IMG/VR virus record: IMGVR_UViG_3300020172_001601
Span: 62,001 to 126,000 of that record
Reading direction: 5' to 3' (one strand)
Length of the DNA stretch: 64,000 nt
Numbering within the stretch: the first letter of the stretch is position 1; each line of letters begins with the position of its first letter. Below are positions 1-9,077 of this stretch, piece by piece. The translations under genes were made by a program, and so were the position numbers. A model generated the notes under the pieces. The model was not told where the DNA came from. It did not search any database and was given only the letters and a program-made list of their open reading frames with translations.

Positions 1-330
1 ACCCAGCTTTCAAAACCTGGGATGCGTGGGAAAAAGCCAGTGAAGAAAACCCACTTTTTGTTCTCAATCTGAAGTGGCCGGAGTTGGGATACACATTGGC
101 CGGATACCTGGGCGATGCTGCCAAGGAACAACCGCCAGCGCCGCCAGCAGGCTTCCAGGACTTGTCCTCGAAGTTCATCCGGGCAGCATCAAACATTCTG
201 TCTTTCAAGGAAATTCCCAAACCCCAGCCTGTGGTCCAAATGACTGATGGCGATGTTCAAAATAAGGTCAAGCAGGCTCTTGATGCCTGCCTTAGAAGGT
301 TACGGGAAGAACGGGAAGACGAAGATATTT
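1..330 (+). CDS. 3' part of a putative prokaryotic E2-like protein (begins before window)
   Basis: Open frame from position 3 reads PAFKTWDAWEKASEENPLFVLNLKW, resembling the C-terminal W..K...NP motif of the E2-like ORFs at 1527, 2639 and 45999. Confidence 0.5.
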
Positions 331-374
331 AATCTGCTTTACAGCCAGACCTATATGGGGTATAATCGGTCATT

Positions 375-1073
375 GTGATCGCACGATATACTCCTGGCAA
401 AGCAAAAGCCATGTTGCTCGAATTAGTGACAATTGAAACACCAGCCGCCTTCAAGGTGGTTAGCAGGGAGGCTATTGATCCGACGAAGTATATTTTCTTG
501 GTCGAAGCGATTGCGCACAAGTTTCGGAAAAGGTTCCGGGGTAAATTCGAGAAGATCGAGGATACCGAGCCATATTCCATTGCTTCAATGGAGTTGGTCA
601 AGGCCGCTGCCGGATACGATCCTGAAGTGAATGAAGACTTTAGCCGGTACGCATTTCGTGCGATGCGAAATGGAATTATCGAAGCCATTCGTCATCGTAA
701 TCGTCAAAAGCGAACTGCTGAATTTGCCAAGTTGACCACTCTTGAGTGGCAAGAATTGCCAGAGAAAGAACAAGTTCTGTCTGCCGATATTCCCTCGGAT
801 GTATATCAGACCTTGATGGCGAATCACCCGGACGATACCGAACAAGATCGTGCTGATAAGGCACTCTTGACGGAAATCTATATCCAGGGCAAAAAGATTC
901 CATTCATTGCGGAGAAGTATGGAATCAGCAGAATGACGGTATACAACCGTCTTCGTCGCATCATTGGAAAAATCCGTCAGCGTCACAGCGACCTGATTGA
1001 GTCACACGGGGGAATACTCGATGAATGTCCTGAAAGAGAGCCTTGTCGTCTTCACCGAAGGGGCGAGGGTTAA
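375..1073 (+). CDS. RNA polymerase sigma-70 family factor
   Basis: Region 2 (LVKAAAGYDPE..FSRYAFRAMRNGIIEAIR) and region 4 HTH (IAEKYGISRMTVYNRLRR). Confidence 0.85.
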   Translation: MIARYTPGKAKAMLLELVTIETPAAFKVVSREAIDPTKYIFLVEAIAHKFRKRFRGKFEKIEDTEPYSIASMELVKAAAGYDPEVNEDFSRYAFRAMRNGIIEAIRHRNRQKRTAEFAKLTTLEWQELPEKEQVLSADIPSDVYQTLMANHPDDTEQDRADKALLTEIYIQGKKIPFIAEKYGISRMTVYNRLRRIIGKIRQRHSDLIESHGGILDECPEREPCRLHRRGEG

Positions 1074-1527
1074 TTTCAAGGTATACGGCCATTTGGTTCC
1101 AGTGTTTGCAGGCTTGCTGGATGGTGAGCCTCAGATATTCGGAGTTGTGTGGGAAGATGCCGCTCAGAAAGAGGCGTTTGCCCGTCAGGTTCGTGATTGG
1201 ATCGCCGCAGATCGTCTCAAGGAATATATCATGGTGGTCGAAGCATGGACCGCCAATATTCCAGAGGGCGACCAGTATAAAGTCCGGGATTGGCTCAAAT
1301 CTCACGGAACCCTGCAAAATTGGCCCGACCGCAGCGAAGTGGTCATGGTCCTATATTGTTCGCCAACCGAAGAAATTGAGTATACAGCAGACATTATTCG
1401 TGGTAGAATCCCGGCACCAATGATCGGGGAATGGAAAATCAGCCAGCGTAAAGTGAAGTTCAACCACGAAGACTTCACTACTCGATTTCAAGGTTTGTTC
1501 CTTAAAAGCAAAGCGGGGCAAAACTAA
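1021..1527 (+). CDS. hypothetical protein
   Basis: ORF with RBS, coupled to next gene. Confidence 0.6.
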   Translation: MNVLKESLVVFTEGARVNFKVYGHLVPVFAGLLDGEPQIFGVVWEDAAQKEAFARQVRDWIAADRLKEYIMVVEAWTANIPEGDQYKVRDWLKSHGTLQNWPDRSEVVMVLYCSPTEEIEYTADIIRGRIPAPMIGEWKISQRKVKFNHEDFTTRFQGLFLKSKAGQN

Positions 1528-2639
1528 TGCCATCACAACAAGAAATCGTCGATGCAGTCGCTCGCCAGTTGAAGGGCAAAGACCTCAGCCAGCAAGCAGT
1601 CATGGTTCTTCAGAAGGCTACGGCACGGGTGCTTGAGCGAATCAAGCAGAACGTCGATGCCCAAATCAAAGAAGACTCTTCGCCCATCGTTGAGAAGTTC
1701 GTCAAGAATGCCGCCACGAAAATGTCGGCAATGACCCAGCAATGGGCCGATGGCGTCAAGAATGATCTTGTCGTATTCCCGGAAGGAACTCGATATATTT
1801 GGCGTGATGGTCAAATGACAACCATCATCGTTGAGCAGCAGCCGCAGGTTCGCCATATCAACGTCTATGGCAAGATTTACTTGCTGTCGCTGCCATACGT
1901 CCAGTTCATCATGACGTTCAAGAACCACCAGTTGACACAATCTCTTCGGGTGACTTGCACCAAGAAACCAATCACTGATCTCGATCAGGCGGCGAACTTT
2001 CTCCCATTGGGAAATATCGACGCAAGCCACCAAGTTTGCATGGGTAGTTTCCGGTGGCCGACGACCGGCACTATGACCGATATTGTGAACGCTGTTATTG
2101 GTGAATTCTGGCAAGGCCAGTTCAACTACGATAACGGTGGGAATATGTTGGAATTTTTCACCGAAAACTTCGGCGTTAAGACGCATTCACGAGAAGAAGT
2201 GCATCCTGGTTTTGTGGCTTGGGCGAAGAAGACCCAAGAGAACGCTTTGTATGCTACCGAGCGTACAACCAAGTTGAAGCCCGGTGCTACCTTCCGTCGA
2301 TTCTTGGCGACTGATAGCGGCGACAAGAATGGGTCGCAGTCCATTGTCAATAACCTCAAGCAAGAAATCATCACGGCGGTTGGAGCCATCGGTGGCGATA
2401 TTCAATCCCTGTTGACCGCAGTGGACTTGGCTACTGAAAACCGTGAGAAGGCTCATGTTGAAACTCTCCAAGGCGTTCTGAAGGAAATCATTGTTCAGGC
2501 ATATGCTGAACTGTGGGAATACTTGCAGAAGCAACTTCAGGATGAGCGTGCCAAGCTGCAAAAGGAAATGCAGGAAGCCGCCAACAAGCTGAAGAATGAT
2601 TTCGTGTATTACATGGACCAAAAGAAAAAGGTGTGGTAA
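1527..2639 (+). CDS. prokaryotic E2 (Prok-E2_D/PRTRC-B-like) conjugating-enzyme fold with coiled-coil extensions
   Basis: LPYVQF...LPLGNIDASHQVCMG...EFWQGQFN motif with putative catalytic Cys; operon with JAB, E1, Ubl. Confidence 0.7.
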   Translation: MPSQQEIVDAVARQLKGKDLSQQAVMVLQKATARVLERIKQNVDAQIKEDSSPIVEKFVKNAATKMSAMTQQWADGVKNDLVVFPEGTRYIWRDGQMTTIIVEQQPQVRHINVYGKIYLLSLPYVQFIMTFKNHQLTQSLRVTCTKKPITDLDQAANFLPLGNIDASHQVCMGSFRWPTTGTMTDIVNAVIGEFWQGQFNYDNGGNMLEFFTENFGVKTHSREEVHPGFVAWAKKTQENALYATERTTKLKPGATFRRFLATDSGDKNGSQSIVNNLKQEIITAVGAIGGDIQSLLTAVDLATENREKAHVETLQGVLKEIIVQAYAELWEYLQKQLQDERAKLQKEMQEAANKLKNDFVYYMDQKKKVW

Positions 2640-3679
2640 TGGCCAATATCCAGGATACGATCCGTCGTATTCAGGAGGAAGCGAAACGCACGGTCGAGGC
2701 TGCTCGTTTTAGCAAAAGCAAGCCGCCGATTCCCAAGGTCGCTGTTACTCCTGTCGCAAAGGTTCCCACGACTGATGAAGTCGTGGCGAGCCTTCGTGAG
2801 CAGCTTTCTACGGCTATCGCTCAAGCATTGTCCACCAAGGCTGCACGCCGTTATATTGGCGACGTGACGGAAGAATTACAGGATATTGCTGCCGAAGCTA
2901 TTGAGAGCGCTCGGAACACAACCGACTTTGGTGGTGCTGTTAAGACTGGTGATAAAGTCATCATCTATCCCAACAATTGCAAACTTCTTGTGCAGAACGA
3001 GAATGGTCGTGGGTCTTTCATTATTGAGGAAGCCCCTCAATATCGAACAGTATTGACTCATAGTGGGCGAAAGCCACAGACCTATCGTATTCCCATGCCA
3101 TACATGGTTTACCTGATTGGTTTCCAATACCAAGGTGGTGAATATTACCATGCTGGTTCCGGTATTGGTTTTGGGAAAGAGCCGATTGATTCGATTGACA
3201 CTCGGATGCTTATGCCAAAGTTGCCGCACACCCAGGGCAATATGCACATTTGTCAGCCGATGAATAAAACCAATCACAAGACCGTAAAAGAGTTGGGCGA
3301 ATATGTAGTTCAGACGTTTTGGAGTACCATCTTCCATTACTCGTTTGCACACTCACGTTGCCAATTCAAAGTCGATGGCAAGAGCATCAACAGTTTTGCT
3401 GATTGGGCTAAGATCAAAAATCCTCTTGATATTCTCAAGGGCGATTTTGAGCGGGGACAATCCGTTCAAGAAGTTTTGGGCCACTTTGGTCAAGTACAAG
3501 AGACTCGTGGAACCAATACTGCCAATCACAAGATTCAGTCAGCGGTAACTCGTGTTGTAAACGGTGTCAACAGAAGCCTTTCGGCTGAAGAATTGTCGGA
3601 TGTTATTCGCAGGACGGCAGAAGAAATCGTCAATGTTGCACTTCAAAATGCCATTGGCGATTCTGCTTTACAGCATTGA
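2639..3679 (+). CDS. second prokaryotic E2 family D-like protein
   Basis: MPYMVY...PKLPHTQGNMHICQP...TFWSTIFH parallels preceding ORF. Confidence 0.6.
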   Translation: MANIQDTIRRIQEEAKRTVEAARFSKSKPPIPKVAVTPVAKVPTTDEVVASLREQLSTAIAQALSTKAARRYIGDVTEELQDIAAEAIESARNTTDFGGAVKTGDKVIIYPNNCKLLVQNENGRGSFIIEEAPQYRTVLTHSGRKPQTYRIPMPYMVYLIGFQYQGGEYYHAGSGIGFGKEPIDSIDTRMLMPKLPHTQGNMHICQPMNKTNHKTVKELGEYVVQTFWSTIFHYSFAHSRCQFKVDGKSINSFADWAKIKNPLDILKGDFERGQSVQEVLGHFGQVQETRGTNTANHKIQSAVTRVVNGVNRSLSAEELSDVIRRTAEEIVNVALQNAIGDSALQH

Positions 3680-3754
3680 AAATCAGTGGTATAATCTTCC
3701 CACTCGATACGTTGTCGGTTTCAAGTTCAACAAGTTCTTTCACTGGAGTACCAA

Positions 3755-4678
3755 ATGGCAGACCAACCTCCTGTTCCCCTCGCACTGTTTCCGGTGTATT
3801 TGTTCGATCATGAATTCGAGCCGCCGAAGACGGGAACGTATTATCTCGTCACCAAGACGGGCATCTATCTGCACAAAGAAACCAAGGCGGGCAATGCACT
3901 CGTCAAGGTCGAAGGTATTCCTTGGTTGCAAGAGCCGACCATTGAATTCCGTCTCAAGCTGCCGAAGATTCCGGGGAGCATCATCGGTCAGGCCCTTACC
4001 TTCTTTCGGAAGGTGTTTCAACAGTACAAGTCCGAAGCGTATGTGACGCTTTTGTACAGTGCCAAGTTGAATCAATATCGTCTCTGGTGTCCGGCACAGA
4101 AGGTGTCCGCTGCCAGCGTCAACTACGACCGCACCGACCAGCCTTCGTTCGAGGATCGTCAGTCCAACGATTGGCAGATGTGTGGCACGATTCACTCGCA
4201 CTGTGACTTCAGCGCCTATCACTCCGGCACGGATATTGGCGACGAAGCCAGCTTCGACGGTATCCACATTACCCTGGGCCACGTCAATCGGGCGCAGTTC
4301 AGTATGGAAGCCAGTGTCGCCATCAACGACAAGCGTGAGAAGTTGGAACCAGAAAACTGCTGCTCCGGCGTTATCCGGGTTTCCAACAAGGAAGTTGTTT
4401 CTCGCCCATACATGACCTGGGGTGAAAGTTGCTTCTTCGATCTCGAATTGTCGGAAGAAGACGCACAACAGCTTGTTGCTGATACGGCCATCATCAACGC
4501 CGAGTGGATGCCCAAGGTCGAACACAATGGCTGGCAGGGCAACCAGATGGGCTTCTACGGTGGTGGAGGCAACTGGAAGGGCAAGGGGTCAAAAAAAAAC
4601 GGAAACGATGATCTCTTCGACCAAGGCCCCGATGAAGGTACTGCCGACTGGTGGCGAAATCAGAATTTCATCGACTAA
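3755..4678 (+). CDS. JAB/MPN (Prok-JAB) metalloprotease, deubiquitinase-like
   Basis: SEA upstream Glu and GTIHSHCDFSAYHSGTDIGDE (HSH..S..D) JAMM motif. Confidence 0.9.
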   Translation: MADQPPVPLALFPVYLFDHEFEPPKTGTYYLVTKTGIYLHKETKAGNALVKVEGIPWLQEPTIEFRLKLPKIPGSIIGQALTFFRKVFQQYKSEAYVTLLYSAKLNQYRLWCPAQKVSAASVNYDRTDQPSFEDRQSNDWQMCGTIHSHCDFSAYHSGTDIGDEASFDGIHITLGHVNRAQFSMEASVAINDKREKLEPENCCSGVIRVSNKEVVSRPYMTWGESCFFDLELSEEDAQQLVADTAIINAEWMPKVEHNGWQGNQMGFYGGGGNWKGKGSKKNGNDDLFDQGPDEGTADWWRNQNFID

Positions 4679-4767
4679 TTGAACCTGATCGTCTTGAACC
4701 TGATCGCCCTTTGGCTCTCTAGGTGTTTAGCAAAAACTCAATCTCCAATAACGAAGGGAATAGCCTC

Positions 4768-5538
4768 ATGGCAACAAAGAAGGCGGCGAAGGACGAATCA
4801 CCCGTCGCCAAGAAGCCGCTCAAGATTAAGGTGATTGGAACGGGCGGCATCGGCCTTTGCCTGCTTCCTTCGCTCTGTCGATACCTCAACTATAACGGCG
4901 AGAAATATCCCGCCGTGGAAGTGAGCCTGATCGACGGCGATACGTTCGAGGAACGCAATCGTGAGCGACAGGACTTTGTTGAGACGGGGCCGAAGGCGTC
5001 CATGACCGCTGCCGAATATCGGGGCAAATTCCCACGACTGATGTTTTGGGACCATCCGGTATACGTCGCCGATCACAACGTCATTCAGTTGATTCGGGAG
5101 AACGATATTGTTCTTCTCTGTGTGGATAATCACAAGACCCGCAAGCTGATTAGCGACCGGGCCGAAGAACTGAAGAATGTTACCGTCATCAGTGGCGGCA
5201 ACGATTGGACTGATGGAAACGTGTTGCTTCATATTCGACGGGATGAGAAGAACCTGACGCCACCTTTGGCGAGCAAGTTTCACCCGGAGATTTTGAATCC
5301 GACCGACGAGAACCCTGCCGACGTGGAACAGAAGGCAGAAGGTTGTGCAGAGTTGGCTGTTGCTGCACCGCAACTGCTGATTACGAACAACTACATTGCC
5401 GCCAACATGCTGGCGGGACTGTACAACGTGATTGACGAAGGGCGATACGAGAAGGTTCTCGCCGCTCCGCACAATTTCGCAGAGGTCTACTGTGATCTCT
5501 CCGTGATGAAGTCCATCCCACGAGAACGCAAGGTGTAA
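4768..5538 (+). CDS. ThiF/E1-like ubiquitin-activating enzyme
   Basis: VIGTGGIG, IDGDTFEERNRERQ, CVDN, GGND, putative catalytic GCAE, PQLLITN. Confidence 0.9.
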   Translation: MATKKAAKDESPVAKKPLKIKVIGTGGIGLCLLPSLCRYLNYNGEKYPAVEVSLIDGDTFEERNRERQDFVETGPKASMTAAEYRGKFPRLMFWDHPVYVADHNVIQLIRENDIVLLCVDNHKTRKLISDRAEELKNVTVISGGNDWTDGNVLLHIRRDEKNLTPPLASKFHPEILNPTDENPADVEQKAEGCAELAVAAPQLLITNNYIAANMLAGLYNVIDEGRYEKVLAAPHNFAEVYCDLSVMKSIPRERKV

Positions 5539-5603
5539 TCCTTCGTTCGGTTCCACAAAACATACAGAAGTTTCTTTCTCAACCGTGACAGGAGTAATTA
5601 GCA

Positions 5604-5936
5604 ATGGCTCAAGAGCAGAAAAAGCCGGGTGGTGGGTTTTCCAACAAGAAGGCGTCGAGCGAGACGCAGTTACCACAAGGTCAGACCAGCGCCCCAAGCG
5701 CTCAGGATGCCTTGGCAAAGCTGGACGCAGCCGTGAAGGTCATTCACGGTGCCAACGACGGGTCGTTCAATCTGGCTGGATCGAAGGTTTCGACCGTTCG
5801 AGCCTCGCTGGTGGACGCCTTCAATATTCCCGGTGACGCTCAAACCTTCGTCAACGGCGAACAGGTCGATGCCAACTACACGCTCCAGAGCAACGACACT
5901 CTGGAATTCGTGAAGCAGGCTGGAGTCAAGGGTTAA
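5604..5936 (+). CDS. prokaryotic ubiquitin-like (beta-grasp) protein
   Basis: VNGEQVDANYTLQSNDTLEFVKQAGVKG C-terminus ending in Gly; disordered N-terminal ~40 aa. Confidence 0.85.
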   Translation: MAQEQKKPGGGFSNKKASSETQLPQGQTSAPSAQDALAKLDAAVKVIHGANDGSFNLAGSKVSTVRASLVDAFNIPGDAQTFVNGEQVDANYTLQSNDTLEFVKQAGVKG

Positions 5937-6053
5937 GGACTCAGAATGAGCGCATAACTAAGGTGGTTATGCAGTGTTTCGATGGTTAACCACAGGCTCA
6001 CAAGCCTGTGGTTACAACCATAGGTATGAGCCTATGTAGAAAGGGTATCTCAG

Positions 6054-6557
6054 ATGAGATTTATTGTAAGTTGTTTTGCTTTGATGGCTGTCATTCCAAG
6101 TGTATGTTTTGCTCAAACGTCATGTGTGAATGGCATTTGCAATACATCAAGGGTTGTTTCTAAACATGATCTTGGTGGATTTAATTTGGCCCCTGGAGAA
6201 ACTTTGGTTTCTGTCAATGGAGTTCCAGTTTCTCAATTGCAAGGGCCTTTGGTTTCGGCGGCGCAAATTGTCAAAGGTTTTGTCGGTGCAGTTGATGCAA
6301 TTAGTAGCCGCATAGTCAATCGTGACTCTGCTGCTTACAACCACGCATTACGAGAAGCGCAAATTCTGGCAAACAACAGGTGGAAAGGCCACCCGTTAGG
6401 AGTAGCCCCTGGTTGCTCTTACTCAGGAACGGGGACAAGTTCTCATCCTGAAGCCCCGAATCACTGTTACGCCGGAAGTTCAGAAAGTCGATTGGTGGCT
6501 AGAGCATGTGTGCTTGGATCAGATGGAAAGTATTATTGGTCTGCTCACTATCGTTAA
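6054..6557 (+). CDS. secreted hypothetical protein
   Basis: N-terminal signal peptide, Cys-containing C-terminal domain. Confidence 0.6.
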   Translation: MRFIVSCFALMAVIPSVCFAQTSCVNGICNTSRVVSKHDLGGFNLAPGETLVSVNGVPVSQLQGPLVSAAQIVKGFVGAVDAISSRIVNRDSAAYNHALREAQILANNRWKGHPLGVAPGCSYSGTGTSSHPEAPNHCYAGSSESRLVARACVLGSDGKYYWSAHYR

Positions 6558-6594
6558 TTGGAAGTCACAGTGGAAGCCAATAAAATAAATGCAC

Positions 6595-6629
6595 AAGGCG
6601 GGCGTGCCATCAGTACGCCCGCCTTGTTT
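6595..6629 (+). terminator. intrinsic terminator-like hairpin
   Basis: AAGGCGGGCGTG/TACGCCCGCCTT stem followed by GTTT. Confidence 0.6.
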
Positions 6630-6694
6630 CGTTACAATTTCTTGTAGTTCATTGAAAGAGCATTGTATACAAATCTACTATTCCGTGGTAAGAT

Positions 6695-7387
6695 ATGTCC
6701 ATGAAAACCACAGCACGCTTGATTTGCATAGGTGACATACATGGTTGTGCCAATACTCTTCGAGTAATATTGAAGGATATTGACCCACAACCAGAAGACT
6801 CTTTCGTATTTCTCGGCGACTATATCAACCGTGGTCCTGACAGCAAGGGCGTGATCGACCAGATCATTGCTCTCGGCGAAAAGTGCCACGTCGATACGAT
6901 ATTGGGAAATCACGAAGAAATGCTCTTGGGTGCATACCAAGGTGGCAAATCCGATCATGCGTTTTGGTGCAAGTTCGGCGGGGACCAAACGCTGGCATCC
7001 TACGGAGTGAATAACGTCAAAGATATTCCCGGCCAGCATTTGTTGTTCATTGCTCATTGCAAAGAATATCTGGAAACAGATGACTTTATTTTCGTTCACG
7101 CTGGTTGCGATCCTGATCTTCCGCTGGACAAGAATGACGGTGCCGCTTTGCGATGGAATAAATTGGATACCAAGCAGACCAAGAAGCACATGACAGGCAA
7201 GACTGTTGTGTGTGGTCACACAGTTCAGCGACAGATATTTGACTTGGGCTATATCTGTTGTATTGATACAGGGTGTGGCGTTTGGCCCGGTGGCCGATTA
7301 ACTGCGATTGACCTTCGCTCCGGCAAGATTTGGCAAGCCGGTGGAAGAAGCAAGAAGGCCACAATCAAGCAGAGGGAAAACACATGA
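6695..7387 (+). CDS. Ser/Thr protein phosphatase (PPP metallophosphoesterase)
   Basis: GDIHG, GDYINRG, GNHEE, FVHAG, CGHT, IDTG motifs. Confidence 0.92.
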   Translation: MSMKTTARLICIGDIHGCANTLRVILKDIDPQPEDSFVFLGDYINRGPDSKGVIDQIIALGEKCHVDTILGNHEEMLLGAYQGGKSDHAFWCKFGGDQTLASYGVNNVKDIPGQHLLFIAHCKEYLETDDFIFVHAGCDPDLPLDKNDGAALRWNKLDTKQTKKHMTGKTVVCGHTVQRQIFDLGYICCIDTGCGVWPGGRLTAIDLRSGKIWQAGGRSKKATIKQRENT

Positions 7388-7821
7388 GCGGATTCAAGCC
7401 AGCAGGAGCCTTCGCATATAAAACCAAGGATGGTCAAGAAACCGTTGCAGCTACGGCGAGTATGGGTTTGGTGCATTGGTATATGAGATCGTTGCCTAAG
7501 TTGGGCGATGTTCCTGATCCTTTGCCGGTCCTCGAAGTGACACCGATGGCGAGGGAGTTTCCTGGGCCATATGAACCGAACTTTTTTACGGTCGTAATCG
7601 GCTGCATCGAGAGAACTTATGGAACAGCGCCGGAAATCGCTTCTGAGTTTTTGAGTCGAGAATGGTACAATAATCTACCAGAACGCCTTAACGACCATAA
7701 GATTGTTGTTCAGGCTCGTCGTGATGCCGACCCTAAAGTGGTCGCTTACGAGGAAGTTTGCCTGGGCATCCTCAAGTGGTTGGCAAAGTATGGAGACATT
7801 ATTGACCTGGAGGAACCTTGA
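7384..7821 (+). CDS. hypothetical protein
   Basis: ATGA overlap with phosphatase stop. Confidence 0.55.
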   Translation: MSGFKPAGAFAYKTKDGQETVAATASMGLVHWYMRSLPKLGDVPDPLPVLEVTPMAREFPGPYEPNFFTVVIGCIERTYGTAPEIASEFLSREWYNNLPERLNDHKIVVQARRDADPKVVAYEEVCLGILKWLAKYGDIIDLEEP

Positions 7822-8067
7822 GCGATTTGGTGATGTGGATATGTATCGGCACGATGCTGATCGTACTCACTGAGATTTTTGGTCCGCTTTATGTAAAGTA
7901 TTTCTGGCATGATCCAGAACGCCGCCTCAAAGAAATTGAGCGGCAAAATGCTTTGCTTGACAGAATCGAAAACTTCTGATATTCTCTGAGCAGTGAAATA
8001 AACCGGGGCAGCGATGCCCTGGTTCTTTTGAAAAACAAAAAGAAAGTCGCCAGAAACCCAAATCGAC

Positions 8068-8194
8068 TTTACAAGCCTTGAAGACCGTGGTAGAATGATT
8101 GCACAACGCTGATGAAACCGACGACGGAATCAAAAAAGAAAAGTTGTCGGAAACCTGAAGTGGACTTTACAAGGATGGAAAGCTGTGGTAGAAT
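8068..8194 (+). promoter_or_regulatory. tandem sigma70-type promoters upstream of ncRNA/tRNA array
   Basis: TTTACA-N17-TAGAAT at 8068-8096 and 8166-8194 within an imperfect ~98-bp duplication. Confidence 0.75.
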
Positions 8195-8324
8195 GATGAC
8201 ACAACGGAAATGATCCAGCAACCTTGCAGCGATGGTTGATGGGTAACAAGGGTGTGTGAGGGAGGCGCTGTGACCTCCGCACTTAATGTAAACCTGTAAA
8301 ATGGTTTCGCCCTTAAAACGATAT

Positions 8325-8415
8325 GGCGAGGTAGCTCAGTCTGTTAGAGCATTGTGAATAGGGGCCGAAAGGTCTACTAACGCAAGGGTCGGTGGTTAAA
8401 ATCCATCCCTCGCCA
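8325..8415 (+). ncRNA. tRNA-like RNA with extended GAAA-capped hairpin in place of anticodon loop
   Basis: Acceptor GGCGAGG/CCTCGCC, D arm, T arm (GGTTAAAATCC); no 7-nt anticodon loop. Confidence 0.7.
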
Positions 8416-8418
8416 CTT

Positions 8419-8487
8419 TGTAAGTCAAATGCCGTCAGGACTACATTTGCAAAACGTAACGTCTTGGCAACCATTTGTTGACTTACA
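8419..8487 (+). ncRNA. Y-RNA-like small RNA
   Basis: Terminal stem TGTAAGTC/GACTTACA, 5' GTCAAATGC, GGACTACATT, 3' ATTTGTTGAC. Confidence 0.6.
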
Positions 8488-8492
8488 TTTAT

Positions 8493-8617
8493 GGACTGTT
8501 AGCTCAGTGGCCTGTTTACAGGGAAGCCGGTTGTATTAGCCGAGAAATCGGATGATACAAACACTTCAGAGCGTCGTAGCAATACGAAGGTCGATGGTTC
8601 GATTCCATCACGGTCCA
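8493..8617 (+). ncRNA. tRNA-like RNA, GCAA tetraloop instead of anticodon, D-loop insertion
   Basis: GGACTGT/ACGGTCC acceptor; TCGTA-GCAA-TACGA; GATGG-TTCGATT-CCATC. Confidence 0.75.
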
Positions 8618-8621
8618 CTAT

Positions 8622-8799
8622 GGGGAAGTAGTAGAATCCAACTCAGAGCAGTTGGAGTGGAAAAGCAGTTTAGGCTCACGGAGCAATCCGCATGTTGATG
8701 GGGAAACCCATAAACATGAACCAAGAGGGGCGACCCTCGAACAACTGCCGAGAATACCGGGGTAACTCGGTGATGCTGGTTCGAGTCCAGCCTTCCCCA
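8622..8799 (+). ncRNA. tRNA-like RNA, GTAA tetraloop, ~110-nt multi-hairpin D-loop insertion
   Basis: GGGGAAG/CTTCCCC; CCGGG-GTAA-CTCGG; GCTGG-TTCGAGT-CCAGC. Confidence 0.75.
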
Positions 8800-8803
8800 C
8801 TAC

Positions 8804-8914
8804 GCAGCGGTAGCTCAAATAGAACCGTTTTACAGGTAGTGGCAACATTACTTGCATTTGGTAGAGCCTTCCGTAAGGAAGAGGTTGAAGGTGAGAGTCC
8901 TTCCCGCTGCACCA
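8804..8914 (+). ncRNA. tRNA-like RNA, GTAA tetraloop, D-loop insertion, encoded CCA
   Basis: GCAGCGG/CCGCTGC-ACCA; CTTCC-GTAA-GGAAG; T arm GAAGG-TGAGAGT-CCTTC. Confidence 0.75.
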
Positions 8915-8915
8915 T

Positions 8916-9047
8916 GCTGGGGTAGTAGAATTGGAATGTATGACTAGGAAGCGACATGAGGTTGTAATGACCTTTAATTCGCCCCCATGACCATACAGAG
9001 AACGCTACAGTAATGTGGAAATGCAGGTTCGAGTCCTGCCCCCGGCA
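8916..9047 (+). ncRNA. tRNA-like RNA, GTAA tetraloop, D-loop insertion
   Basis: GCTGGGG/CCCCGGC; CTACA-GTAA-TGTGG; GCAGG-TTCGAGT-CCTGC. Confidence 0.75.
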
Positions 9048-9077
9048 CTTAACATTCAACACACAGGAGATTGCACG

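Noticed and set aside
4798-5718. Long minus-strand ORFs (also 3740-4525, 33633-34301, 43187-44065, 59120-60106)
   Set aside because: Antisense shadows of clearly recognisable plus-strand genes, with no motifs
4768-5936. Thiamine/molybdopterin sulfur-relay (ThiF-ThiS) interpretation
   Set aside because: No cofactor biosynthesis genes nearby, and E2-like plus JAB neighbours favour conjugation; not fully excluded
8622-8799. Group I or archaeal-type introns explaining the tRNA inserts
   Set aside because: Inserts are too short for group I, no clear bulge-helix-bulge was seen, and removing them would still leave a GNRA tetraloop instead of an anticodon
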